A DNA stretch of 63,996 bases, counting the filler, from Octopus bimaculoides (taxonomy: Eukaryota), in NCBI RefSeq assembly GCF_001194135.2. It is 4 parts of 3 records of this genome, joined end to end, with 100 filler letters (N's around TTAATTAATTAA, not from the genome) between each part and the next. Parts side by side here need not be neighbours in the genome. Positions count along the whole stretch, not along the records: positions 1 to 26,935 come from NC_068985.1; 3 more parts are not named here. The stretch is one strand, 5' to 3'. Shown piece after piece: positions 13,174-25,800 of the stretch. Every line of letters begins with the position of its first letter. Within the stretch, counting starts at the first letter, position 1. The notes under the pieces are model-generated. The model did no database searches, was not told where the DNA came from, and saw nothing but the letters and a program-made list of their open reading frames with translations. Both the position numbers and the translations under genes were made by a program.

Positions 13174-13371
13174 CTTTCCGTATTCCCGAGCGTCATACTA
13201 ATATATCCTTTTGTTATTTACGCCACCTGTCCTCGTCTGTTGTTATTATTTGTATATTCTCCCTAATACAATTGACATATATATTATATGTCTAAAATAT
13301 AGATATTTTACAAACAAGTTGCACATGCAAGTGCTACCAGTCGAGAGCACCGCATACCGGAAACAAGGAAA

Positions 13372-13412
<41 letters not shown>

Positions 13413-13424
13413 TTATTATTATTA

Positions 13425-13464
<40 letters not shown>

Positions 13465-14043
13465 CATTGAGTAAGAGAGCAGTGCATGCTATCAAAATGA
13501 CACGGGTAAAATATACGAAGTCCATTATACGCATCATGACTACACGTCTGATAAGGGTACACCAGGCACATACATCACTACGATATGTGCGTGACATGGT
13601 GATCTCATATCAAGATAAGCAGCACATGACCTTGCAAGTGGGGCCCAGTTAGAATTTTCTTCGGGTCGAGTAGCCGATCCCGCTCAAAAGGTCCCTGAAT
13701 AAAAGTTGTTTGAGGATGTTGAGCAAAACACCCGTGTTTCCAAAGGTGAATTATTCAAACCCCAAAGAATTCCTGTCAACACATGGCCATGATGCTCTCC
13801 CACTACTTCTGCTCATTATCAGAGATGCACATATCATCAGCCACCAAGGGACATTCTCAACTGGTTACGGTCAAACAACTGACAAGTAAATCTGTGGTAT
13901 TAAGCAGAATATTTGCTGTAGCCCATCTTTTTATACCAAGACAAAACAATGTAAATGATAACACTTCCAATCAATTAAGATCAGAAGCCATGAGAGCCAC
14001 TGCCTGGTACTGCATCATGGCAATTTATTATTATTATTATTAT

Positions 14044-14116
<73 letters not shown>

Positions 14117-14289
14117 TAGTCGTTGTTGAATGTGTTGAAAGTTAATGTTTTCAGATAATATTTTAACAATTTTCCTGACTAGAATCTGCATTTCCAATAT
14201 TTTTATAATTTTCCTACTTAGAATCTATTTTTGCATTTACTTTTCCGCTGAGAGAGTCATCTCTGTCTGAAGCCATTATAATTCTTTTT

Positions 14290-14581
14290 CTGTCGTTATT
14301 TTAAATGTAATGATTACACTTCAGCAATTTCCATAAGTTATTCGCATGATGACATTGTTAAACAGAAATATTTTCCACAATACCGTATATTCCAGTGGTG
14401 TAAGACAGAATATACAGGGATACAGAAAGGATTACCTATAGCACAAGTTGGTGAACGTAAATTTAGAGTTGCTATAAGGTTCCCCATTAGCAAACAAATT
14501 TAAGAAAATCAAGCGCTCGGAAAAACAAAATCCATAGAAAGCCGCATTTTACCGTACACCTCCAAGACGCATAACTGCTTA

Positions 14582-14638
<57 letters not shown>

Positions 14639-17370
14639 NNNNNNNNNNNNNNNNNNNNNNNNNNNNNNNNNNNNNNNNNNNNNNNNNNNNNNNNNNNNNN
14701 NNNNNNNNNNNNNNNNNNNNNNNNNNNNNNNNNNNNNNNNNNNNNNNNNNNNNNNNNNNNNNNNNNNNNNNNNNNNNNNNNNNNNNNNNNNNNNNNNNNN
14801 NNNNNNNNNNNNNNNNNNNNNNNNNNNNNNNNNNNNNNNNNNNNNNNNNNNNNNNNNNNNNNNNNNNNNNNNNNNNNNNNNNNNNNNNNNNNNNNNNNNN
14901 NNNNNNNNNNNNNNNNNNNNNNNNNNNNNNNNNNNNNNNNNNNNNNNNNNNNNNNNNNNNNNNNNNNNNNNNNNNNNNNNNNNNNNNNNNNNNNNNNNNN
15001 NNNNNNNNNNNNNNNNNNNNNNNNNNNNNNNNNNNNNNNNNNNNNNNNNNNNNNNNNNNNNNNNNNNNNNNNNNNNNNNNNNNNNNNNNNNNNNNNNNNN
15101 NNNNNNNNNNNNNNNNNNNNNNNNNNNNNNNNNNNNNNNNNNNNNNNNNNNNNNNNNNNNNNNNNNNNNNNNNNNNNNNNNNNNNNNNNNNNNNNNNNNN
15201 NNNNNNNNNNNNNNNNNNNNNNNNNNNNNNNNNNNNNNNNNNNNNNNNNNNNNNNNNNNNNNNNNNNNNNNNNNNNNNNNNNNNNNNNNNNNNNNNNNNN
15301 NNNNNNNNNNNNNNNNNNNNNNNNNNNNNNNNNNNNNNNNNNNNNNNNNNNNNNNNNNNNNNNNNNNNNNNNNNNNNNNNNNNNNNNNNNNNNNNNNNNN
15401 NNNNNNNNNNNNNNNNNNNNNNNNNNNNNNNNNNNNNNNNNNNNNNNNNNNNNNNNNNNNNNNNNNNNAGTATGTGTGTGTTCGTGTTTGTGTGGGGTTG
15501 TAGGTGTTGGGTACGTGTACGTGTGTGTGTGTATTTTGTATGTGCGCGTGTGTGTATGTGTATGTTTTTGTGCGTGCGGGTGTGTTTGTGTGTATGTGTA
15601 TGTTGTGTATATGTGCGTTACTGTGTACGTGTGTGTGCGTGCGTTTGCTATTGTATGTGCGTGTGTTGTTTATGCCCATGTGTGTGTGATTGGATGCCTG
15701 TCTGTGTGAGTGTGTAGTGTTCGTGAGAAGTGTGCGTGCGGTTGTGTGTGTATGTGGGTGTGTGCGTGTGTGTGTATGTGTGTGGATGTGCGTGTGTGTG
15801 TGGGATTGTGAGTGTTAGGTACGGGTGTGTGTGTGTAGTATTCGCAGATGAACGCTGGATAGGAATCTGCGCCAAGGGATGCACCACGACTAGTTATATA
15901 GCTTCCCACCCGCGATGTACCGATGCAGAATAAATCGAAACGATCGTAATGAGCAATATAGCTTCCCGTGCATTTTCTTTCTCTATCGTTTGTTATAATA
16001 CTTAACGGACACTGAAGATTTCCTGAGTTAGATCCAGCGATACTTGTTTAATTATCGTGAATGACGGCAGGTGGCCATAGATAGTGAACATGCTCTGTCG
16101 GTGTACTACTAGGAACACATACAACACTAAAATATTAGCTTATATATATGTATATGTCACTTGAAATCTTGTATCTTGCAAGGTGGTAAATCTTTCTGTA
16201 TTGTTATATCGTTCGACTATAATTGTCTGAAATATTTCTTCCTGTTCTTTGCATTCTGATTTCAAGAAACACCAATGTTAGATTTAAATAAAATTCTTCT
16301 CTGTAATAAAATAATATACCGTGTAAGAACTGGATTTGATTTTATCGATTAACTCTGGCCTTGTTACTATTCTGAAAACAATTATTATCTAACACACAGA
16401 GACACACACCTGCACATACATACACACACACATAAACGCACGCATACATACATACATACATACATATACACATGCATACATACATATACATACATTCGTA
16501 CGTACGTATATGTCATCTAGCCAGCCTTACACATTTGCTGAATTTCTTGTAAATCAAACTAGCATTTCAACAGAAAATGCAAAAGTCTTTATGTCTCATA
16601 CAAAATTAACAATACTTTTAAAGATATCTCGGGTGAAATTATGTTTATTCTTAGAAATCATTTCAAAAAAATTTCTCGCTTCTATGAGTTCGTTGTTTTC
16701 AGCTGTCAACACTCAAGTGTCGCCTCGATGAATGTAGAAGAAATGGAAATGATAAAAATAACTCTACTTTACGTATAGAATATCTATTGTCCCAATTGTA
16801 CCCTCAAACAACTTATTCTATGCGTTTCTCTGATTCAGTCGCTCTTATAATTGCTAAGGTTATCTCACTACCCACCTTCTCTCTCTAATGCTGGGGTACC
16901 ACCTAGACAAATTTAGTTGATGTTATCGACTTCACTACTTATTTAATTGGTTATTTGTAAAGAAGATGTATGTTACAGGGAATTCAACACACCAAAAATA
17001 ATTGCTAGGAGTCGTTAGGTAAAACACAAGTACGCACCCACGTACACACACGCACATACACACTCGCACACAAACACATCATTTAATCATAAATCCGAAG
17101 GAGAAGCACACTCTATGTTGTAGAACACTAGAGAATTTAGAGAATGTTCGCTATGGTCGGTTAATGGGGTTACCCAGAGTTTGGCATCCATAAAGCGCTT
17201 AGCTATACACATGTCTCATCATATCATCGTAGTCGGTAACCTATAACAGTAAGCCACAAGCCATTTGGGTCTGTGGAGACGTGTGTAATGCTAAGCGGTT
17301 TATGGACTAGAAACACGGTAACCCTATTTAACAGCCATTACTAATAATCTCTAAATATATATATTCACAT
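14290..17370 (-). pseudogene. Decayed TRPM-like copy (MHR3 to TRP domain)
   Basis: LLVMAVKIG / NRVTVF (~17320); EARNFFEMISK and KCVRLA (16520-16537); ILVLYVFLVV then YLW (16075-16083); RGASLGAD (S4); VYGK (14548-14559) in the same frame as LLMGNLIATLN (14461-14493). Confidence 0.6.
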
Positions 17371-17454
17371 ATTCACATGGATATAATGTATTTCTACACA
17401 GTTTCCGTCGGCCAATTTCATTCTGTATATGGCGTCAGTCAGTAAGGAATTACA

Positions 17455-17770
17455 TTCGTGGCACTCCGTCGGTTACGACGACAAGAGTTTCAGTTGATCC
17501 GATCAACGGAGCAGCTTGTTCGTGAAATTAACGTGCAAGTGACTGAACGTTCCACTGACACATGTACACTTAACGTAGTTCTCGGGGAGATTCAACGTGA
17601 CACAAAGTGTGACAGGTACAACAGAAAAAGGAGGAAGAGTGAGAGAACGTTGTGGCGAAAGAGTACGGCAGGGTGAGCCACCACTCCCTTCCGGAGCCTG
17701 GAGAAGCTTTTAGTGTTTTCCGTCTGGGAATTAAAACAGCGATCTAACGACCGCGAATCAGCTGCCATTG
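17455..17770 (-). mobile_element. SINE family C variant
   Basis: ggcactccgtcggttacgacgac...aacgtagttctcggggagattcaacgtgacaca matches 52979-53130. Confidence 0.75.
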
Positions 17771-18199
17771 CGACTCCACGGAACTATATTAGATAACACT
17801 AACATCATGTGCCGTAGACTGGAACTGAACTTCAAACCGCGTTGTCTTGAAAAGAGAATCTTAACACAAAAATATGCCAGCGGTTGTGCAGGAATGCATT
17901 TATAATTTCTGTTATATATAAAGTACACATGTACACATAAAAGGGAGTCGATATAGAAAGATAAAATGATGGTTAGCAGTATGCTGTAGATATTACAAAT
18001 TGTGCCTTTGTATGTAAGTTAGTGTTATTCAGTGACTGTATGTGTAGCCAATCTGGTTTAACGAAAGAAATCTGCATGTTATGTTTTTCCTGAAATCTAA
18101 ATCGAACAAGGATAAGAAGAAATGTAGATCTTGTGTCTCGCATGCAGCCCATATCTTATTTGTCAATTATATTTCTTACTTTGCGTATCATAGTAACCA

Positions 18200-18630
18200 C
18201 GGATATATTTGGTAATCGAATATCTGATTCGACGCAGAATGGCATAACCCATGTTCAACGATTCAAAAACATGATTTTCGTATTTGCTATGGATAAATGA
18301 TCGAGGTGGAAATGAGCATTGTCCGAGATCTGATCCCAAAGTGGGCAAGATAAGTAAGCATTATTAAAGGCACGCAAAGATTCAGTTCCCATTCGAATTC
18401 TGACAAGCATACTGGTTTTGCGTATTGGAATGTATTCACCAACGTAATAATATTCATTAAAGAAAACATGTTGTTCAAACAACAAATGAATAATCTTATG
18501 ATAGCGAGTGTTCAATAAATATGATTTGCACATATCTAAGCATACACGTACGCATATAACAGAAACACATTTTAAATACATACATAGATATACATAAATA
18601 TATGTGAGTGTGTATGTTTCTAATTCTATC

Positions 18631-18663
<33 letters not shown>

Positions 18664-19270
18664 GAGTGTTTGAAATGTACATATATATATATAAATATAT
18701 NNNNNNNNNNNNNNNNNNNNNNNNNNNNNNNNNNNNNNNNNNNNNNNNNNNNNNNNNNNNNNNNNNNNNATTTGTGTGTGTGGTGTGGTGTTATATCCAC
18801 GACAATGGAGTTGCGTTTATTTTTTTCCCCAGAAGCCACGTATTCATTTGGAACCTACTTTCTATGAATCGTTGTTTATGCCGGCGCGTATTGATGTATT
18901 CCTAATCGATATATATTTCGGACTGAGTCTGTTATTTTCTTTTTTTTTTTTTTACATTTTCTTGTGAGTGTGCTGATGGTGGGAAGTTTAATGATGGTAC
19001 ATTTTCAGCAAACCATGTCGAAATAGTCATTTTCTATTTACATTTGGAGAAATTTCACTTAATTTCCGTCACTAATGCTTGCAATAGTCTCATGCTGGTC
19101 ACGAGTTTTCAAATGCATTCAATAAAATCGATATTCGATCAATTATATTGCTTCCGTAAAAAGTCATATAATTATAACAGATGAATTTTAAGTTGATGCA
19201 TCACACTTAGCTGAGATAAATATACCTTGTCATGCTTGTACATATTCACGGTTTAGTTTCTGATATTTCT
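18200..19270 (-). pseudogene. Decayed TRPM-like copy (S3 to TRP domain)
   Basis: FYGSNIIDRISILL (S3), MRLLQAL at 19074-19094 (S4), YVASGE (pore), LNNMFSLMNIITLVNTFQ (S6, ORF 18287-18478), SFPPRSFIH. Confidence 0.45.
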
Positions 19271-19769
19271 TTTAACTTACATACGTAATTATTACAGTTG
19301 TTACTGTTACTATTGCAGCTATTATATTTTTTGTTGCCGTTAATACATAAAGCCATATACACACACAAAAGACACATACACATATTTTAAGATGAAATGG
19401 AGAAAAATAGAGAGATAAATAATGAAATAAAAGAAAATATTTGGAAAGGGCACGGCTACAAAGAATATAGAAAAGAAACCCATATACACACACAAAACAC
19501 ACGTACAAAACATATAGACATTCGTATACACACCCCACGCGCGTACGTACACACACACATACAAGCTTAAACGCATGTGCAGGTAAGTATACACACTGCA
19601 GAAAGAAAAATAGACTAAACAGAACAGGAGGAGACACGTGGGACAAAGAGACCTTGAAGAGGTCACATATGTGTGACAAAAGACGTCCAGACAATGGATA
19701 TAAAACAACAATAAATTATGAAGGGCGAATCGAAACATTGATGTTGTCCAAATTAGTGATACATATTTA

Positions 19770-21675
19770 TTTTCATTATAGAATATGAGTTATAATCAAC
19801 AAATACTTCTTATGTGACTCTGAAGTAACTGGCCTAGTTGTATACATGTACATAGGCAGCATATCTATCGGCTGTTGGATAGATCTCAATAAATATTTAT
19901 ACAGTGTGTTTGAATCATATATCATACCCGTCAGAGTAAATGAATATAAAAACATCTTATACATAATTTCTTGGCTGAAATCTTACACGACCACCACTGT
20001 TTACACGAGAGTGAAAGAATGTTGTAATTCACACAAACTTTAAGATGAGGTTGTAGAAAATATTAAATAGTTTGCCATGATTAATTCCTTTATATGGTTA
20101 TATGTCCAGAAAATTCCGTTGTTTCATTATTAAGAATTTGACGACCGAATTGCATTGTACCAACGAGAATTACTTATACCAAGCAGTTACTTTATACATT
20201 TAAATACTGTATGAACAACTGCATACTTGAACAGTAAATTCCTGTGAGAAAGTAATATATTTATTGTATATATAGTATTTACTGTCACCATTATTATATA
20301 CAATAGTTCAGAAAATTTTCTAATCATTTGTCCATTGGAAAATTGTATTTAATCTTATACACGAAAGATAAGCCCGAGATTTAGTGCTTTTACTAGATTT
20401 GCTAAATATACCAAGATAAAATGACCAGATTCTCAAAGAAGAACATTAAATATCAAAGGTGTGCTCTCTGCAGGGTTTATCGAATTGCAACGAATAGAGT
20501 TCACTTCTGACTCAAATCCCAAATTTTTGCTTTATGAAAAAAGATATATTGTTTATAATCTAACGCTAAGCACAGTTTCTTTTCTGGAGAGGAAAGGTAG
20601 TGTGTTCTTTGATCCAACAATAAGTTTGTTTGCAGGTCTCATAAATCAATGCTAATTTGGGTTAATCAACAGCAATAACAACTGTGAAACAAGAACAAAG
20701 AGAAAATTCAATAACACTGCTTATACATTAAATTTTCAATCTTAAACTGACTATCTTTTTCGGCAGCCAGTTAAATATTGATAATTTATTCTGACTGAAA
20801 GTACTCCAAGTTGATCTCAGTTTCATTTCTATTCTATCCCTTAACACAGACGTCTGTTTATTTCCATTTTGTTTTCATATATTGCATATTAGCGAATATA
20901 AATCGTTATGTTAGAAGGGATAGACATGAAGTAGTGAATATGAGTAAGAACTATATTTCCTCAAGCAATTATTGTCTAGCATTGACGACAACAGAGCTTA
21001 TATTCAAATTTAGTTTAGAATGTACAGTTTTTTTCTTAATAAAAACAAATCTTTATGCAGTTTCCATGTTACCACATTTAACAGTAATAAAAATTGCATC
21101 CAAATGCGCGTACCGTTTTAGAAGAGAATAAACAACATCTCTTGAAACATTACCAAATGCATATGGTTTGAGCGGCAGGTTAATGTAACATTCTTTATTT
21201 ACATTATACTCCCTCCGCTTATATATGTGCATATATGTATATNNNNNNNNNNNNNNNNNNNNNNNNNNNNNNNNNNNNNNNNNNNNNNNNNNNNNNNNNN
21301 NNNNNNNNNNNNNNNNNNNNNNNNNNNNNNNNNNNNNNATATATATATATATATATATATATATAAGGATTTACTTTTCGTAACGAGATAAAAAAAAAAA
21401 CAAGGCTGTGTACATTAAAGAACTTTTCTAAATAGAAGGTAAGACCTAGTTCTAAGACCTTCTATTTATAAGTGCTCTATAATGTACACACCCTTGATCT
21501 TTTTATCTCATTACGACAAGTAAATCCTTATATCCATACGCTGATATATGACCTACGTTGGACCCATCATTCACATAATCAACGAACCTGGAGTTTAACA
21601 ATGGTCCGTCCATAGCGCTTACTCAGCATTACCTGAAACCTCTGGGTCTAATTGACACCCCTATCACTCATAACC

Positions 21676-21712
<37 letters not shown>

Positions 21713-22200
21713 GTATATATAGTGATCGGCTATGGAGCTTGGTATTAGCCCGACGCAATAAAACGAAAGCATGCAGTACACTGGCATTTTGACTTGGTAC
21801 TGACTTGTGTATTCTATATGGAAATAAAGCATACAGAAACTAATGGCATCATTATCAAGTGTTCAAACATACTTTTACATTATACATTTTTATATTGACG
21901 GATTATAGCTAAGCTATAAAATAATATAAGAAAAAACATTTGAGTTTTAACTGTCATTACAAAGTAAATAAGAATATTAGCCATTAGGTTATCTTTAGAA
22001 CATTATCATACATAGCAACTATTAAAGTGTCTCACTGAGAGTTGATGATTTAAATTTCATCAGACAATGTTGGAATCGATTATAGATTCTAAACTGGTCA
22101 AAATAGTCAATCTATTGAAAGTACACAAAGTTAAGGAAGCATCATTTTAAATCACTAATAGCCTGAATAAATTTTATTCATCGGATGCTAATTTGACTCA
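19770..22200 (-). pseudogene. Decayed TRPM-like copy (MHR3 to TRP domain)
   Basis: LTLCTFNRLTI and TLIVAMYDN (~22000-22150); AIFITVKCGNMETA; VKALNLGLIF/CIRLNTIF (S4); MIRKFSELLYIIMV at 20286-20327 (cf. MIGKMMIDMLYFVII); MQFG (pore); ORF 19776-19964 MFLYSFT..SNTLYKY..YTTRPV..LLIITHI. Confidence 0.65.
21361..21533. mobile_element. Hairpin (fold-back) MITE-like element
   Basis: ~78-bp imperfect arms atataaggatttact...aaatagaaggt / accttctattta...agtaaatccttatat; TA-rich ends. Confidence 0.65.
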
Positions 22201-22221
22201 ACATTTAGTACGAGAATGCGG

Positions 22222-22255
<34 letters not shown>

Positions 22256-22267
22256 TTATTGATATTA

Positions 22268-22480
22268 AACTGGCAAGATGGCAGAATCGTTAGCACGCCG
22301 GGCAAAATGTTTAGCAGCATTTCGTCCGTCCTTACGTTCTGAGTTCAAATTCCATCTAGATCGACTTAGCTCTTCATCGTCTCGGGGCCGATGAAATAAG
22401 TAGCAGGTTAACACTGGGGTCGATGTAATCAGCTCATTCCCACCTCCGCCCAGATGCCCGTGTGGCAAAAATTTGAAATA
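22268..22480 (+). mobile_element. SINE family A
   Basis: ggcagaatcgttagcacgccgggcaaaatg...gagttcaaattcc (B box), ending in (AAT)n. Diverged copies also at ~1565-1790, 7620-7745(-), 23860-24030, 39470-39580(-), 41925-42110. Confidence 0.8.
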
Positions 22481-22611
22481 ATAATAATAATAATAATANN
22501 NNNNNNNNNNNNNNNNNNNNNNNNNNNNNNNNNNNNNNNNNNNNNNNNNNNNNNNNNNNNNNNNNNNNNNNNNNNNNNNNNNNNNNNNNNNNNNNNNNNN
22601 NNNNNNNNNNT

Positions 22612-23020
22612 AGCAAAATGTGGAATCTGAAGACGAAAACAATACCTATTGTCATAGGTGCCCTGGGAATGACAGCGAAACGGGCTGATTACTACCTAGC
22701 TCAGATACCAGGAAACCCCAAAATGGCTGAAGTTCAAAAGATAGTGCTCATGGGAACTGCCCATAAAATACTGTCTATGTGATCTCAAATTTTAAAGCAA
22801 ACACATAATTTTGTTATGGTTTCTTAAACATTCACTTGAACAAAACTGTACAAATCCAAATATATGGTACCCGAGGCATAACACCTACATGAACTTCTAA
22901 CGTGTTGTCTCTTGAGGTCTCTGGGTGAGACTTGGATCCAACTTGTACAAATGCAAAACAAAAGTCAAACATAAAATAATAATAATAATAATAATAATAA
23001 TTAACAATAATAATAATAAA
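22612..23020 (+). mobile_element. R4/Dong-like non-LTR retrotransposon 3' end
   Basis: 22612-22782 reads SKMWNLKTKTIPIVIGALG...VQKIVLMGTAHKILSM* (restriction-like endonuclease C-terminus), followed by a 3' UTR and (TAA)n tail. Confidence 0.75.
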
Positions 23021-23029
23021 GAGGGAATT

Positions 23030-23345
23030 AAATGGACAGTTCCACCGTGAAATCCATAAATTAAAAGACCAGGAAGCATCATGAAGTTGGTTCAACAAGG
23101 GTGACATAAGAAATATTACTAAAAACCTAATAATCGCTGCCCAGGACCAGCCATAGAATACCAACTCAGTCAAACATATATGTACCACACAAGTGCATCG
23201 GACCGCTGTCTTAATGCGTGGGAAGAGGCTTGAGTGCGTGACTCACATTCTTAGTGCTTGTGAAAGTCTTGCGCAGACAGAGTACAAGCGTAGACACGAC
23301 AAGATAGCCCAAAACCTCCACTAGCTAATATGCCGTAGGCAGAGA
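23030..23345 (+). mobile_element. R4/Dong-like zinc-knuckle fragment
   Basis: LIIAAQDQ...ECVTHILSACESLAQTEYKRRHDKIA. Confidence 0.8.
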
Positions 23346-23359
23346 TATAAACAGTTCTA

Positions 23360-23504
23360 TATTTAAGAGATAAGGAATTGTGAACATTATTTACATTTGT
23401 CGAATATTTGTCCGCATCTTGTTTGTTGTTAACTAAACGTTTCGGCTGATATACCCTCCAGACTTCATCAGGTGTCTACGAAAAATCCCTAAGGTAGTGT
23501 TCGA

Positions 23505-23559
<55 letters not shown>

Positions 23560-23850
23560 ATTAGTCAGGTCACTGCCTGGAATCGAAGTCTTAACTACGT
23601 CTAATATTTTCCTATCCTTCCTTCATACCTGTTCCCATATGCTACTCATATCTGCACTCGGTCTGCTTAGGAGGCTGTTGTCTCCTAACAAAGTGCTGCT
23701 TCTTTTGCTTTCGTATTTTCCAGTGGTGCTCTCTGTCTATTATTTTCACTTCATCCCACAGGAGAAGGTGGTCTCCATTTTTCCAGACATGATCAGCTAT
23801 GCCCAATTTATCAATATCTCGAAGGAGATATTTGCGAAGTGTTGTATTAC
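23360..23850 (-). mobile_element. Penelope-like element 3' fragment (GIY-YIG end plus hammerhead-bearing terminus)
   Basis: LGIADHVWKNGDHLLLWDEVKIIDREHHWKIRK..LLSRPSADMSSIW at ~23630-23820, followed by the hammerhead motif. Confidence 0.75.
23432..23476 (-). ncRNA. Minimal type I hammerhead ribozyme motif
   Basis: Minus strand GACAC-CUGAUGA-A-GUCUG(gagggUauau)CAGCC-GAAAC-GU-U. Core intact; stem I and one stem II pair disrupted. Confidence 0.6.
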
Positions 23851-24049
23851 TCTTTCACATAGAGTCGTTAGCACGCTGGATAGTCCCTCCGTCTTTAAGT
23901 TCGGATCTCAAATCCCGCCGGCGTAGACTTTGACTGTCAACCTTTTTTTGAGGTCGAAAAAATAACTACCAGTTAAGATTTAGGTTACATACAATCAACT
24001 CACCCCTCGCCCATAAATTCCAGGCCTCCTGTGTATAAGAGAAAGGATA

Positions 24050-24750
24050 ATTAGGAGTAGCATCATTTATCTAACGAATTTTGAAAAGTCTCAGACAGTG
24101 ATGTCTCTATATTAACATAAGAGGTAATCTTAAAACTACGAAGGGAACAGGATCTTTCGGTTATTTTCTGACTTCTACTGTATATACATTATAAAGAACA
24201 AAACGTAAAATCCTTCCACGTAAGAAAATACTTAATATATTTAGAAACAATGTAAATTAGGTCTGTAAAATCAAAGTGAAGCCTACTTATAGGAACAGGC
24301 TAAACTGATATAATTCCTAGGAAATAAAGCTATTTTGGTGATATATTTGAAATTCTAATGCCAAAGAGGTTGTTAGATTTGATCTGTTAGATCTTTTTGT
24401 TTACAATGAATATATATCCTGCTATTAAAACAGTAAGAAAATAGAGTCAATACATTACATGATAAAAATGCAGAATACGTTTCAGCTTTGGGAACTATGA
24501 GAACAAAATTAGTTTAAAACATATAATACCAGCCACTCAAGACAATAGTAATAATCGTGGGGTCTACTATTCACTCCAGCTAATTATCCTAACATTATTC
24601 TTCCATGATGTGTTTAACTTTGTTCTCATATACCTCTAAATCATTGTTGGTACATACATACGCACACATATTTCGTGCCGATGAATACACTATAATTTTA
24701 GTCTGTGCAGTTTTTGATATTAATTATAATATATTCGGTAATACTTTTAG
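24050..24750 (-). pseudogene. Decayed TRPM-like copy (MHR4 to S4)
   Basis: YENKVKHIMEE*C, AFLSCNVLTLFSY (S1), KYIKYFLTWKDF (S3 entry), HCLRLFKI (S4), in order. Confidence 0.45.
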
Positions 24751-24839
24751 ATAATACCTGCGGTCTAGCTCTGTATTTCTTCTCACTTTCCGGGTTCTAG
24801 TAAAAAAGAATGAAAAATTGAAAACAAAAACGAAAACAA

Positions 24840-25800
24840 CCAAACAACAACTTATTTGCAGACTTTATTCTTGGTGTAATACTTTGACGGATGAGTTTGT
24901 AGTAGCATCATGAAATGACATCAAAATTATCATTCTAAACTCTGTTCAGTCTAAAGTTCTTGATTGCATTGAGAATAGGACCAAAGTAGAGTGATTCATC
25001 TTCGTTGGTAGGCGTTCACTCTTTTAGATGTAGATTGTGGCTATTTCATGCTTTAATGCCTCTGCTGTTATTTTATCTGCTCCAGTTGCTTTTCCACAGG
25101 TCATTTACTTTATTGCTTTTTTCTCTTTCTTCCTTTCAGATAATCGATCCATTAGCATTCTAGAAACTTAGCACAGGTGTTGATTTTTTTGTCATCATCG
25201 CTCAATTCTTTTACGTTCTCTACCCGTCTAGATGTTATCTTTTCATGATCTCATGATCAAACAGTAGGCTTCCATATTTTGTCCCTAATGTTACTACTTT
25301 GCTTCCTCATTTCTTGTTTCTGATCTCATTTATTTTATCATAAATGACGGTGGATTTTTGATGTTTATTAAGTTTTTCAACGTTGATCTTCAAACTATTT
25401 GCATTTTCCTTTTCCACATTCAGTATAGATGCCATTATTCCAGGTCATTTTATCTATCTTGATCTTTACTCAGGTAATTCACATTTTATACCCACTTTGC
25501 TAAAAATTCAGCCGTCATCCATTATTATTGTTTTCTGTTTCTCACTCCAAATGTATTTCCTTAGTAATGTTTGCATATGCATTTTAATTATTTTCTATTC
25601 TCTCTCTAATTCAACTACTATTTATACGGTACATTCTATTGCTGCTGCATTGTTCAAGCAATCATATTTATTTAGCGTTTTCCATTGCATTTCTCTATGT
25701 AATCTAAGTGTTTCCCAATTTCTTGTTTAAATATTCCTGTTTAACCATTACAGCATTTCCCAAAATACGTTTTCAATTCTGATCTAATTACCGCAGAAAG
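24840..25800 (-). mobile_element. Decayed RTE-like LINE ORF (endonuclease-RT linker and RT start)
   Basis: WMTAEFLAK; AIK*MTCGKATGADKITAEALKH at 25045-25116 (cf. KNGKAxGxDxIxAExLK). Confidence 0.65.
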
